From: Vicugna vicugna
Taxonomy: Eukaryota
DNA: 64,000 bases
Assembly (NCBI GenBank): GCA_013265495.1
Contig: MU058451.1
Coordinates: 2,661,305 to 2,725,304, forward strand
Direction: 5' to 3'
Shown: positions 40,857-54,135 of the stretch, in pieces
Numbering within the stretch: the first letter of the stretch is position 1
Layout of the letters: the number at the start of each line of letters is the position of its first letter
Notes under the pieces: generated by a model
What the model was told of the DNA's origin: nothing
The model's database searches: none
What the model saw: the letters and a program-made list of their open reading frames with translations, nothing else
Translations under genes and position numbers: made by a program

Positions 40857-41489
40857 GAAATATCAAATCAAGGTACCTCAAACTAATTGTTACAAAGACA
40901 TGAATTCTATGAGGTTTCCACTAAGCAACATAAAGAGCAAAGATGGCACCAACATGCCCAGCTACATAATTTTCTTCACTAGAATCCTTAAATTGGCTTG
41001 TCTATTTAAGGAAATGTAATAATTTTTCTCACAACAAATCAATACACTAAAAAAAATCTATATACTCAACTTGCTCAATACAAATCTTCCTTTCATGTAG
41101 TATAAAAGCAAACATATTTTATCAACTAGGTCTAATCACAAAATGCAGCAATGATTCAAACCTCTAGATGACCTCTAAAATGCCCTATGGCTCAATGCTT
41201 TTGTAAGTCTAAAAACCAAAGCTGGTATGTCTATTTTAATTATAATAAAAGCCAACATATAAATACATAAATATTCTCAGTAACAGTTTATTAGGATTAC
41301 AATCACACTTCTTAGTAGTAGGGCTGCAATATAAATTTTCATCTTAAAAACAGCTAACAGCTCCACCCACCTAAATAAATAACTCGAATCAAGCAGGATA
41401 TTAACAAAGCTGATATACTCTCATCTAGGACCTATACAGCTTCAAAAAGAAAACAAGCTGCCACATTAATGTTACAAAGCTAAATATGT

Positions 41490-42685
41490 TTCAGACCATA
41501 TATAAGTTAACTCAAAATGAAGCAAAACCTAAATGAAAGAGCTAAAAGCGTAACACTCTCAGAACAGAGGTGTAATAAAGTGTAAATCTTCATGACCCTG
41601 AATTAAGTAATGATTTCTCAGATATGACAAATGTACAAATGACAAAAGAACAAAAACGATAGACTGGACTTCATCAAAATCAAAAAATTTTGTGTTTCAA
41701 AGGATACCATCAAGAATGTGCAAACAGAGCTCACAGAATAGGCAAATATTCACAAATTACATGTCTGGTAAGCTCAGAACATATAAAGAACTCTCACAAC
41801 TCAACTATAAAAGGTAACTTAATTTTTTAAAGGGCAAAGGGTTTGAATAGACATTTCTCCAAGAAACATTACCAATAAGTACAAGAAAAGATATCCAACG
41901 ACAGTCATTAAGGAAATGCAAATCAAAACTGCAATGACATACCACTTCATATCCACTGGCACAGCTATAACGTAAAAAATGGACAACAAATATTGGCCAG
42001 AATGTGTAGAAACTGAAACCCTTGTACATTGCTCATAAGAATATAAAACAGTGCAGCTGCCATGAAAAAGTCTTAGAAAATTAAACATAAGAGTTATCAA
42101 ATGACTCAGCAATCCCACCCCTAGGTATATACCTAAGACATAAAACACGTCCACAAAAAACATGTTCATACTCATAGCTGCATGATTCAAAAAGGAGAAA
42201 TAATATAGTCAGTTAACTGACAGAAACAGGGTGAAAAAGTCAAATGTCAATTAACTGGTGGATAAACAAACTGTGGTATAACCATAAAATGGACTACTAC
42301 TCAGCCATAAAAATGAATGAAGCACTGATATAAGCTACAATACGGACAAACCAAAAAAAAATCATGCTAAAAGAAAGAAGGCAGTCCCAAAGGGCACATA
42401 TCGTATGATTCCATTTATACGAAATACCCCAAATAGGCAAATCTATTAAGATAGAAAACTAATTAGTGATTTTCAGTGGGGAGAGGGTGGGGGACCAGAC
42501 ATGATACCCAGGGAACAGAAGATGACTGCAAATGGGGAAAAAGCTTCTCTTCGAGGTGATGAAAATGTTCTGGAATTAGTGATGATGGTTGTGAATATAC
42601 TTTAAAAACCACTGAATTTTACACTTAAAGAAAAAAGGTTAAGTTTTATGGTATGTGAATTATATTTCAATTAAAAAAAGAAAAA
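41490..42685 (+). mobile_element. Old L1 3' portion (L1MB-like)
   Basis: ggacttcatcaaaat...ggaaatgcaaatcaaaac...tactcagccataaaaatgaatgaag...tatgattccatttata...ttttatggtatgtgaattatatttcaattaaaaaa. Confidence 0.85.
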
Positions 42686-42781
42686 ATTCAATGTGCCATT
42701 TAAAACTGACGTAGAAAGCTCAACATTTTACTTGGCTAACTCTCAAATTTTGAAGAGGATTGGCAAAGAATGCATGCTAAT

Positions 42782-42814
42782 TAGAAATCATACTTCCTCC
42801 CTCCTTCCTGTGGT
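42782..42814 (-). pseudogene. Non-functional homolog of the human UBE2W 33-nt cassette exon (reads TTGRREEV*FL)
   Basis: ACC ACA GGA AGG AGG GAG GAA GTA TGA TTT CTA resembles the human isoform insert TTGRRVEVWFP (recalled); flanked by CCAA rather than CAG and ATTAG rather than GT. Confidence 0.75.
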
Positions 42815-43169
42815 TTGGAATTACAAGAAGAGACGTCATATAAAGGAAATCTGCTTTTTTCCCACTGATAGCCAACACAGGGCCAGGTATCAAAATTTTC
42901 AAGTGAGTATCTGACAGGGGTAGTTTAAAATAAGACGACTACAGCATTATAAGATGGAACTCACAAACAACTCCAAAGACCTAAAACATGAATTTATAAT
43001 TTTATCCTGTATGATGGGGGGAAAAAAAGGTTACACAGCTGTTAAGTGGCAAAGCTAGAATTCAAACCAAGTTTATCTGAATCCAAAAGCTGTGCTTATT
43101 CCTTTGACATTTACAGAGGACCTACTACACATCGGGCACTGGGGTATGTCGAAGAAAGTGTATGCTGAT

Positions 43170-43880
43170 TAACTACTAATATGTCAGGGCTGTGAAGGAG
43201 ACATTTAGCAGGGTGAGGGGACCAGCAAGTGCCAGGGGTGGAAGGGCTATTTTACACTGGGTGATTAAGGAAGGCTTCCCTGAGAAAAAACTACATTTGA
43301 AAAAAGATCTGAGAGAAAAATGGAAGTGAGCCACCAGATACATGGAGAAGAGCCCTGAAAGCAGAAGAAATAACACAGGCAAAGACTGAGGCAGAAATAT
43401 CAAGAAGGCCCACAGGGCTGTAGAGAAGTGAGGAGGGTGGGGTAAAGGGTGTTGAACAAGATAGATTATGTAAAGCCTTCCAGGCCATTAACACGGATTT
43501 TGAGTTACATTCTGAGTAGAACAGGGAAGCCACAGTAAGAATGCAAGTGAAGTGACATCTGACTTTTGTTTTGAAAGAATCTAAATAATGAGAAAAGACC
43601 ATCAAGAAATAAGGGCAGAAGCAGGAAAACCAGTTATGAAGCTGCTGATATAACGCAGATGACAGACAATGATGCTTTACATCAGGCAACGATGCAGAAG
43701 ACTGCACAGCTGGATTCTGGATTTATTTTGAAGGCAGAGCCGGAAAGAACTTGCTGATGGTTTGACTTTGGGGTGGGATGAAACCAAGGTTTCTGGCTGA
43801 ACAAATGAAGAATGAATTTGTCATGTACCACATGGGGAATACTACAAAAAGAACAGGTTTGGGAAAGGGAGATCAAAAAA
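43170..43880 (-). mobile_element. L2 LINE fragment
   Basis: Purine-rich L2 antisense motifs: ggaaggcttccctgag, gtgagcca, tggattctggatttattttgaaggcagagc, aaggtttctggctgaac, gaacaggtttggg. Confidence 0.7.
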
Positions 43881-46800
43881 GCAGTTTCATAAATGTTTAC
43901 CTTTGTTAATCTGCTTTTGTCTTAACCACTACACTACACACTGATTTTTGAGCAACACAGCTGTTAAGTAGTGAAACAAAACCTGAATCCAGGTCTTCTG
44001 ATTCCAGATGCTGGGCACTTTTTTAAATGAAGTTTTATAAAAACAACTGAATAAGATTACAGTTTTTCTCAGAGTAAAGTAACTCAAAGGTATGCACCAT
44101 TTGTTAGTAATCCAAAAACTACATTCACAAATAAGGGCTATCACATGAAATTTTTAAATATCTGACAAACATGAACAAGTAGTATTTAGATTAATAATGA
44201 AGCAGACAATAGGGATATAAAGATGCAATAAAATTCATCTAACAAATCCTCAATTTAGATAAATCCTATCCAGAAGCATATTTTCAGAAAAATGCCAGAT
44301 CACACCTTCTAAAACTCTCCTTAATAATAAAGATTATCTTTGAACAGTAAGTATTTGCCATTATAATTTTACTCAGTGCATGAGTATATGCATAAAGAAC
44401 CTTTATGTAAATTTTGATAAAGTAACTTTATAACATATAAGGAATATTTTCCTCTCATTTTTTTAGCTATAGAAGCTATAAAACATTTTAGTAAATGTTT
44501 AATTCTTGACTGAAAAGTAATTGCCCCAATGATTTCTCTACAATCCAAAACTTTTAATATGTTCTTTTCCTACAACTTCATAGCATCAGTAGATTTCACA
44601 GCTTGGTTTCTAACTGCAGCTTCACTACTTAGTCGCTATGTAGCTTTGGGTAAGTCACTTTCCAAACAAGTAATCACTGTCTCTATTAGAATGAAATAGG
44701 ATTATCTGACTTCCCATTTTACAAGGTTGGAATAAGAATCCAGAAAGAAAGAAAATGAAAATACTTTGAAAAACATTAAAGTTATGGCAAACACATAAAT
44801 CAAGCAAATAAGACAATTTTGGGGGGAATATACATGTAATATAAATATGAATTTTAAATTATTCCTTTATAGGTACTCAACCTTACTATAACAGAACTCC
44901 TAAATAGACTTTTCCAAAATAGAATTAAAGTAATGCAGAATTTGATATGTAGGAATGCTTTTTGAAGTGTCAAGTGATGGACAAACATCTACTGTAGTGC
45001 ATTTAAGAGACAGAAAGAAAGAATTTTTTTCCTATTCTCATGGAAATCTATGGCCCAGGGGAGTGGAAGAGACCTGAAAAGCTAAATAAAAGACCCAAAC
45101 CAACACATTAGGACAAAAACAGAAGGCACCTTATAAAGAAGTAATTGATTAACTGCAAAAAGAAAAATACCACAATGACTGCTTTGAGAATTAAGAGAAG
45201 ATGATGACCTCATCTTTATGCTTTTGTTCACAATGTAGTCTACTATCTACTTATGACTGTCATTCACACAGAACACCTTCAATTCTGTTCTACAGTGTTC
45301 CACTTTTCCTTCCACACTTGCTCCAACAGCTCCCTGACAGTGCCATTCCTCGCCACGGTATCCAGCCAACCTACTCTACAATCCTAACTATACCCTCCAA
45401 GTCCCCAGGGATGAGTGAGCCTCAGGATCCAAGATGACAGTCAATCTTCTAATTTTGATTATGTTGTTAACCCTTCATGACATCAACGAATAGTCATATG
45501 GAATTTAATTGTCAAGACAACATGACTGCAATAAGAACGTCAGTAAGAGCGCATAGTCTACCTCTCTCAATCACTACAGCCCAATTATTTGAGTAAAGAG
45601 CAATGCAGAACTGTGTATAATCCAAAATCATTTTTTATTTCTAAGCCATCTCAAAGTAAGCACACCTTCATCCACCGCCTATTAGTAAATCTCAATCTCC
45701 TTTCAACTAACCAAATTAAGAGTCAATAGTTTAAGACCCAATTAGGCGAGAGAGAGAAAGAAAATGCAGAAAATCCACAAGAGTAATTCAATTGACCATT
45801 TCTCTCAATTATATCACTGTTTCTAGAATTGATAAATATCAACTATTACGCACTGAATTTCTAAGATCTTAAGACATAACATAAAGGTAGTTAGAAAAGT
45901 ATCTAGGTATACTTAAAAACTTCCAACATAAAAACATCTGAATGGTACAGATAAATTCTAAAATCAGAAAATATATCCATCCAGCAGGCAATATTAGTTA
46001 ATTATTTCATAATACGAAAGATACTAATAGGGAAAGAAAAAAAAAGATTAGGTACAAAATGAAAAAAGAAACATAACACAAAAAACACAATTTTATGGTT
46101 TAGCTGAAAACAGAATACCCTAATATTGCTATACTTTTAAAAAATGTTTTGAATCACATAAAAATTCACTTTCATAATGCTTTGTAGTTTGGAGATAGAA
46201 AGTTTGTACCAAATAATCTAAGTCCCTAAAATGATAAAACTAAAAATTTGCTATGAAAAACTTTCCATTTAATACTTTAAGATTTCTAGAAGTATTAAAG
46301 TTAAATGTAGATCTATTTCTTTATTAACTTCTGTCAATTTTAAGTATCACCACAAGCCCACCATTCTCTCTGAACAGTTTCTTAAAACATAATTAAAATA
46401 GGAAACATGAGTTTTCCATTCCTCTAATCAAAAGGAATAACAGAATAAAGGGTGAAAAGTCAGGGGTAGTAATTGGGACACAGAAAAATGCAGTATTCCA
46501 CTGGCAAGTGTTGGTTCCATTGCTTAAGTCCCCATGTAAAATTCAAAACTGTCAAAATTAAGTTTTGTACTAAGTTTTTTCTCTTAAAAACTGAAATCTG
46601 TCTTTTCCAAACACTTGAAGTCTACATTTAATCAGCTGATTGGTTATCCCTATAATTCTGTCAAATATAATCACAAGTATTGTGGATTTTAATCTTTTTA
46701 CACTTAAAACGAATGGTTTTAATCTTAATACAAATATTCTTAAATTGGTCATATAGCCGATCTACTGTTCAACTGGTGTTCTAGAGTTCCTTTTTTGGCC

Positions 46801-47369
46801 TCAAATGACGAAACTTTTCTAACGTCTCTGGGGAGAAGAGGGTACAGTATAATGTTTCCTGAAATTGTTCTTCTTTTTTCTCTGGACCATTTCATGACAT
46901 CTCTTCACCGAGGAATGTTACACACAACTTTTTTTTTCCCTATTCTGCAGGAAAGTCCAGAGGGAGAAGCAAAGGTAAAAAGAATATTGTATGAAGAACA
47001 GGTTGAAAGAAGACAGATGACACAAAAGCACAGAAGTATGTGTGAAGCAAGTACATACACAAAAGAGGAAGAAGATGCAGAAAAAAGAAGAGAGAAAAGA
47101 AAAGCACTGTTATCACCTAAAAAGAGGAAAACACAGAAGGATAGAGAAATTTGCTTATTTTTCTAGAAACAAAAGCACAAAACCCTTCTAAGAAAAACCT
47201 GGTCTCTTTCTTTAAGATGATGTTAAAACTCTAAAAAGTGCTCAGGGAGTTCTGCCTTCTTCTCTTCCTATGTGTTTTGACAGAGCTAGTCTTCATCTGT
47301 AAATTAAATGCAAGCTATAGATAATGCAGAATTAATCTCTAGAAAACTGCAATTGTGGATGCCATCTTT

Positions 47370-48670
47370 GCCCGGAAAAAAACCAAACTCCTTGGATTCC
47401 GGGAAAAAAGGAGTATATTAAGTTGGAAAACCAGAAAACCACGCATTGTCAAGTCAGGTAGCTGTAACACGGATTAATAAACGCCTTCGACCAACCTAAG
47501 GTTCTCCTAAAGGTCTGGGAAAGGAGGGTAAAGGGCTGTAGCCTTACCGCGACCGCAGGGTGGGGCACCGTAGGAAAAAAAAAAGATTTTTTGAGGACGA
47601 GCTATCCCGGGAGGTATAGGGGGCTGGTAACTTGTCTCTCGGGGAGACTGCATATTAGGCGACAAATGATGTTGATGGGCGAAGGGCAGTTTCAGGGGGA
47701 GTGAGAAAATGGGCTGCTGGATGTTATGTTCGCTGAGAGCGCGGAGGCTGATAGAGGAAGGTACCCATGGGGCAAAGGACTAAGAGTCAAAAGGAGAGCC
47801 AAGGGGCCAAGCCGCCAGGGAGGCCGGGCGTGGGAGGCCTGAGCAGAGGCCGCGAAGCGCCTCTGCAGCCAGCCGCCTTCTTCGGGAACGCCTTTCCAGC
47901 TCCCCCACACTCAGCCCCTCTCACGGCTGCCCCTGCCCCAGCGACAACGGCGAGAGCAGCTGTTTCCGCCCAGCCGGGGACCGCGGAGGAAAGGCATCCC
48001 TGGAGCCGGGGGCAGGCCAGCGGCAGCCATCCGGGTGAGCTGGAGGTGATTCCGAGACCACTGCCGCTGAGCCAACACCAAACTTCGCCCTGTCCTCCCC
48101 TTAGCCTTCTTTATCCCCCAACTTCCCGGCCGGCTGGTGTCCGCTTCGACCGACCGAGACCCCCCCTTCTCCCGCCCGCCTCTCACCCCTCCCCAACGCC
48201 CTGAGGCTGGGAAAGGACCGGCCACCGGGGCCACTCTGGAGCCCGCCCGGGTGCCCCAGAGTCCCAGACACCGCCCCCAAGGAAACGCCCGCATCCTCTC
48301 CGCGGCTCCGGAGCCCGCCCAGATGCTGCAAACTCCTCTTACCTGCATCGACGCCATGATGGAACCATCCCCCCAAGGCCGGCGAGGCCAGAGACGCAGG
48401 GGGCGGAGCTGCCGTGCTCGCGTCACGCCGCGGGGGCCCAGCATCCCGGGCGCGGGGGGCGGGGCCTCTGATGGGAAGGGGATGGCGGGAGGGGATTGGC
48501 TGGCGCTCTAGGCGCCCGGAGTGGGAGGGGCGGGAGGGGGCGAGAGGGGCCGAGGTGAATGGCGCTGTCGGTATCTTCGGTCACGTCCAGCTTCCGGCCG
48601 TCCACCACAAGCCCACTGGCTACCTTCATCGCTTAAGAAACGCTGCTCTAGTTCTGAGCCCCCGCCACGG
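47370..48670. promoter_or_regulatory. CpG island / UBE2W promoter and exon 1
   Basis: Sharp rise in GC and CpG density; GC boxes (GGGGCGGAG ~48400, GGGGCGGGGC ~48456), CCAAT on minus (48495-48499), ETS-like CTTCCGG (48591-48597), CGTCA half-CRE (48421); no obvious TATA box. Confidence 0.9.
48343..48357 (-). CDS. UBE2W: UBE2W coding exon 1 (MASMQ)
   Basis: Minus strand reads TCCATC ATG GCG TCG ATG CAG|GTAAGAG: strong Kozak context (-3 A, +4 G), canonical donor, inside the CpG island; matches the known UBE2W N-terminus. Confidence 0.96.
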
Positions 48671-48672
48671 TT

Positions 48673-48760
48673 GTTATATATATAACTATATAACTATATG
48701 TATATATATAACTATATATATGTAACTATATATATAAAACAAAAAATGTATATATTATGT
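48673..48760. repeat. AT-rich degenerate tandem repeat (tatataacta-like units)
   Basis: tatatatataactatataactatatgtatatatataactatatatatgtaactatatatata immediately outside the CpG island. Confidence 0.85.
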
Positions 48761-51700
48761 ATTTTTTTTTACCCGGAGATACCCATGATGTCCAGACCCG
48801 TGGGTTTTGTTTTTGTTTTTTTTGTTTCTGTTTTGTTTTTTTCAGCCACAGGTATATGGTTTACAGGTTTTTCCTTTGGGATGTCTTTTCCACATCACCA
48901 TACCTGCTTTCACAGCTTTAGGGGCAAGATAAAACTTCGCAGGGGGCTGCTTTCTTGTCTTTACGGACCTGAAAGGCTTCTCACATTCCCAGTTTGGGGA
49001 AGAGAGACACATTTCCTTGTATAATGGGGTGAGAATTGAGAGCAGAGTAGCACTTCGGTATTTCAAATGCAAGGGTAGATTTCTAGAGCTGAAATTTGCC
49101 TGAAAGGGAAGAGAACCTCTTGAAGTTTAAAATTTTGTTTGTGTGCAGTTTCTGCCACTTTACCCCAGCCCCTCACTTTCAACCTTCAGGTGTATCACTA
49201 TGTTATGACATTGACATTTGGCTGGAGATTTGACCCTCAGTGTCACATTTTAATATATACTTTCTGTCACATCCAGACTGGTCTTCAGCCTGTTTCCTGG
49301 TGGGCAGTTTTGTGGTCGGTCATTCCACCTAAGGATGTATTTGAGTAGGAAGAGGTAAGTACACAGAATTTATTCTGGGAATGCACTGATTCTGCCAGCA
49401 TTTATCAGAAGCCACATTTCTGAAATCTGTTCCAGAACTGTAGATGTTATTGGTTTATAGCAGGAAAATGGAAGCCAAAGGTTTGCACCTCCTGTTCTTT
49501 TTTTTTTAAATGTAGGTGGCTGATACATTGAGTAGAAGGCTTTTACTTTACCAGAATGAAAGCTTAAAATCTGTCATTTGATTCACTTGGAGTTCTTTTT
49601 AGGACTTTATATAAGGTTTAAATATAAGAGCAGTGTAGCTATCATCCTTCCCACTCTTGAGATGGATCATTATGTTCTCTGTGAAATTCCGTAATGCAAA
49701 ATGTGTTCAAAAAAGGCAAAAGATCCTTAAAATACACTAATTATTCTATGATATTAAACACCCTGTTCTACATCACTGGAGAGGAAGTTATACCAGTGTA
49801 CTTTTTTCCCTCTCAGACGTCCACCTGGTTGCCATAAATGGGCTGGTTTTCCCTTTGTAGTGCAAAATAACTGTCCTTGAGGAATGTTTGAAGGCTCTTA
49901 GCAACCAAAGATGATCCAGAAGCATCTCAGGTGTTAGCCCAGTTATGTTGCCTACACTTCAGCTGAGTAAAACCCACGTATCAATGAAGGAGGTAAGCTC
50001 TTACAGATATATTTTCTTCTGGAGATCTTTATTCCTATGATCTGAGAAAACTGCTCCAGAAGATCAGATTTTACCATCTTGGTTCACTTTGTTTGAAAGC
50101 TGATTCTTCACAAGGTTTAAGTTTAGATGACCCCACAAACGAAGCATTATGACATCATCAGAGTCAACAACCTGCCATGACAAATACTAATAAGGAAGAA
50201 AAGGGGTTACAGGAATCTTAATGCTCCTCACAGTAAAATCAACATCTGATCCCTTGTGTTATATGTATTAAAGAGGATCTTCCTAGGAGGGAAAGGTCAT
50301 TACCAGTCCTATCTTTCCAGGAAATGTAAAATAGTACATTATTACGTCTCTGTTTTCTTCATTCTTTCATTAATATGCAAAAGAAAAATCCTGATGTATT
50401 CAGGAGCTAAAACCATGACTTTCAGATGAGGTGGGAGCATATAACTATCTCCAGGAAATATGAAACTTTTTTATCTAAAACACTCGATTGTACGGTGAAG
50501 ACTAGGCTCACATCTCATTTCTTTACAGAGTGGGGCTCAGTATCAGATAGTCAGAAGATAAAATACCTGACAATACCAAAAATGGGAGAGAAAATAGAAC
50601 TTTCGTAAACTCTGTACAAGTGAAATTAGTACAGTCTTTCTGGAAAACAATTCATAACAGTAAAGCTTCCCTTACTCTTAAAGAATCTTTTTTTAATAGC
50701 ATCATTTGCAATAAAAGATACTTAAGAGACATATTAAACAAATGCAATATGTTAACCTTGTTTGGATTTTGATTCAAACAAACCACTGTGAAAAACAGAT
50801 TTTGGAGACAACTGGAGAAATTTAAACAAAATAGATATCAGATGATATTAAGAAATAATTATTGTTTTTGTTACATTTGATAATGATATTCATTTTTTAA
50901 TTTACATAGCAGTTAGAAATGACCATCAGGTTCAAGAAGATGATTCTCCCTTATCTCACAAACTACCTCCACCTCCACCTCTTTGAAAAAAAAAAAACAA
51001 AAAAAACTCAGACATACACAAGCAGTGTATGTGCCTGAGGTCTTCCTTGCCAAGAAAATGTAGAGCCTGTGACACAGAAGACTAAAAGCACTGGATGTTC
51101 TGGAAGAAAAGGGAGAGAAATATGGGAAACCGAATAGTCTAATTATTTGAAGGACCCACAAAGGAATCACTGGGCAAATCCTGCAATAGTGATACTGTCG
51201 TGTGATTTATGAATGCCTGAAGTCTAGTGATTCACTAACCTGGTGAGTTAGGAGCAGTCCTATGGGAATATGCTTGTTGGAGCATAAAGAGACAAAGTTG
51301 ACAAGTCCTTGCTTGAGTCTATGTCTCCCCAGAGTGGTTTATTCTTAGGTTCCCACGGGCTGATCTCATCAGAGCAATAGAAGCAGTTTAGAACAACAGC
51401 TTGTTTATTGGCTGTTGGAAAAAGCACCTCGCCAGGAATCCAATGCTCGTATTCTTGTCCTAGCTCTGTCAATAGCAAGCTTGGTCAAGGCTCTTAACCT
51501 CTCTGGGTTTATATCCTTATTAATAAAATGTGCAAATCAGACTACGTAATCTTCAAGATTTCTCCCAGACGTCAAATTCCATGCACTTACCAGAGGGAAT
51601 CAAACTTCTAAATGATTTATCTGAAATACTGTATTTAAAAGTCAAGATAAAATACAATGGAAATGATGTACTATTTTGAGTTTAAAAAATCACTTGTAAA

Positions 51701-53784
51701 CAAATAAAGAATAAGCTCGGCTTCATTGTAATTTATGTAGAAATACTGGGGTGCTTTAATAATTTTAAAATTCTACTGAAATCCAACTGAGCTTATAAAT
51801 GAGATTTCAAAAAGTATCAGACTCTAGATTCACAATTTAGAGTGATACTTTTAAGAAAAGCATCAAAAGTGCATTATTTTTTATAATTTTGAACCCAAAC
51901 TAATCATTTCACGTGGATCTTCTAATAAGGGACAAAGAAAATTAACAAATGGTTTACATATGTGTGACCTATTCTGTGTGACTTATTTTACATGACAAAA
52001 ACAACTGATTTATGTGTATCTGGTTTGTAAATACGATTGTGAATTGGGAGAAATGTGTCTTCACTTTCTCGCCTTTCCCTGCACCTGTCTAGCAAGAATT
52101 TATTTACCAGGGTCTGTAGTCCTTGAGGACATTCCTTGCTCACTTCTCTCCTAGACCTCTTAGAAAGTTATCCTTTTTGGGGTGAACCCCTTTAAAAACC
52201 AAATGAAAACCATGGACCTACTGGACGGAAAAATGCTTATACTCATGAAATTTTGTATTTCAGGGGATTACCTGACCCTCAGAAGTCCATCCATCAGCAG
52301 AGGTTTGTAAACCTCAAGGTAAGAACACCCTTACTGCAGAGGTGTTGATGGATATCAGCTCAAGCTCTTGCCCTTTCAAAGCCTGCCTTTTATGTAGGCA
52401 TTGTTTCATAGCACTTGTTTTCTTTTTGTTCACTTGTTATTTTCCAATCTTCCTGAAAAGCAGAATGCTGTGTGAAAAGCTCTAAGTTGGGAACCAGAAG
52501 AGTTGATCGCTTGCCTTGATCCTTCCCAGGGGTGATACTAAACTTACTTAACAAACCTGCAGAACTGAAGCTGCTTGGTGCTGGAGCAAAGGCTTGGACG
52601 CTCCCAGCCCCGTGGGACAGGTATCTGTAATTAGATCATGGCGAGTTCTGGAGGGATTTTGAGGCCATAGAAGGGAGATACTTTTCGGGGTGTGAGGGCA
52701 GTGGCTGTCTACAAAATGTTAGAAAAGTATTCCACTTTAGAGGGATGGGTGATAGAAATGTTCTAAAACTTGATTATGGTGATAGTTACCCAACTGTATA
52801 AATTTACTGAAAATTACTGAGTAATTATTATGGGTGAATTTTATGGTATGTGAATTATACCCTAATAAAGCTGTTTAAAAGCAGAGAAGGACATTTCAAT
52901 ATTTTAACACAGGCATAACAGTAAGTCCTGGCTGGCCTTCAGACTGGCTCTCCCTTTAATGTATGAGACCAAAGGCTGGTCAGGGTCTGGATTTTTAAGC
53001 TGTAAAATGGAGAGCCAATGGATTCTTCAAAGCTTTCCAGATAAATTCTTTTCCTTATCAAAAAAAATCCATAATTGTGTCATCATAATTCATACTGTCC
53101 TCTTTTCTCCTGCTTATAAAACCATCCTTTCCCAAATACGTGTTTATCCTTCCTCTGCTGCTTACGAGGGATGGCAGCCCTAGTCATTTTGCCCCTGCTA
53201 GACAGTTCTTTCTTATCCTATGAGTTTACCTCGTGCCTACCTTTTCTATCCCTTTTTTCTGCCCCTTTGGGGCTGATCTCCACTTAACACATGTTAGGAA
53301 AGGTACTTGGACTCAAAAGAGCTAGATTTTAATCCTAACTCAGTTGGAGTTAGTCATTTAATCTTCTCTGAACCTTAGTTTCATCATCTGGGGAAAGGGA
53401 TGAAAATGCCAACATGTGGTTTGTGGTGGAGTCCAGATGAGATCAGGGATGTGAGGAGCTTGGTGGCCTGCAAGGCACCACATGGATGAGAGGTGGTATC
53501 TTGTTTTTCTTTGAATTACTCTGTGTTCTCTCTGCAGTGGACAGATGAGATGTTGATTAGAGATGGGAAGTGGGGTATAGGGCTGTAACTGAGAAATAAA
53601 TACCCATGCCAAGATCCCCAAATTTCATACCACTTGTAAACATGGAAGAGGCTGGACAGACACTCTGCTCTGAACTGAACTTGCCATAGACAAACTTGCA
53701 GGGTTAGGATGTTGCCTCTCCCCACCCCACCCAGTGTATTTCTCCACATGTGGCTTCCTCCCAGACCCACCCTTATTAATGATA

Positions 53785-54020
53785 AGAATGGTAACAGCTA
53801 CCTTGGATTGAATATTTATATGTGTCGCACAGGCAATGTCAGAGGCACTTGTATTTCCTGTATTACTGAATCTTGAAAACAGCACTGTGAGGTACATAAA
53901 ACAATTCCCATTTTACAGAAAGGAAACAGGCTCAGAGAGGCTAGGTAATTTGCCAAAATCACCCAGGTTCTGAAAGAAGAGTCAGAATTTTATCTTGGAA
54001 ACTCTAAGTCCAAAGCTCTA
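53785..54020 (-). mobile_element. MIR SINE
   Basis: MIR core cccattttacagaaaggaaacaggctcagagaggctaggtaatttgccaaaatcacccag. Confidence 0.75.
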
Positions 54021-54135
54021 CAGATTGAATTCTTTACCTAGTATACCATCTTGTCCTTCTAAATCCATTATCTTAATGACCCATATCTATGAGGTTTTAA
54101 AATAAAGCTAACTCTAAACAAATTGATTCACTTTA

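Noticed and set aside
43291..43707. 138-aa ORF (and 123-aa ORF at 41819-42190)
   Set aside because: Chance open frames within decayed L2 and antisense L1 sequence.
46795..47166. 123-aa ORF with charged Lys/Glu-rich end
   Set aside because: Derived from a purine-rich low-complexity tract, non-ATG start, no recognisable homology.
47692..48725. Several overlapping 70-180 aa ORFs in the CpG island
   Set aside because: Expected from stop-codon scarcity in GC-rich DNA; Pro/Arg/Gly-rich with no recognisable domain. Only the MASMQ frame up to the donor is supported.
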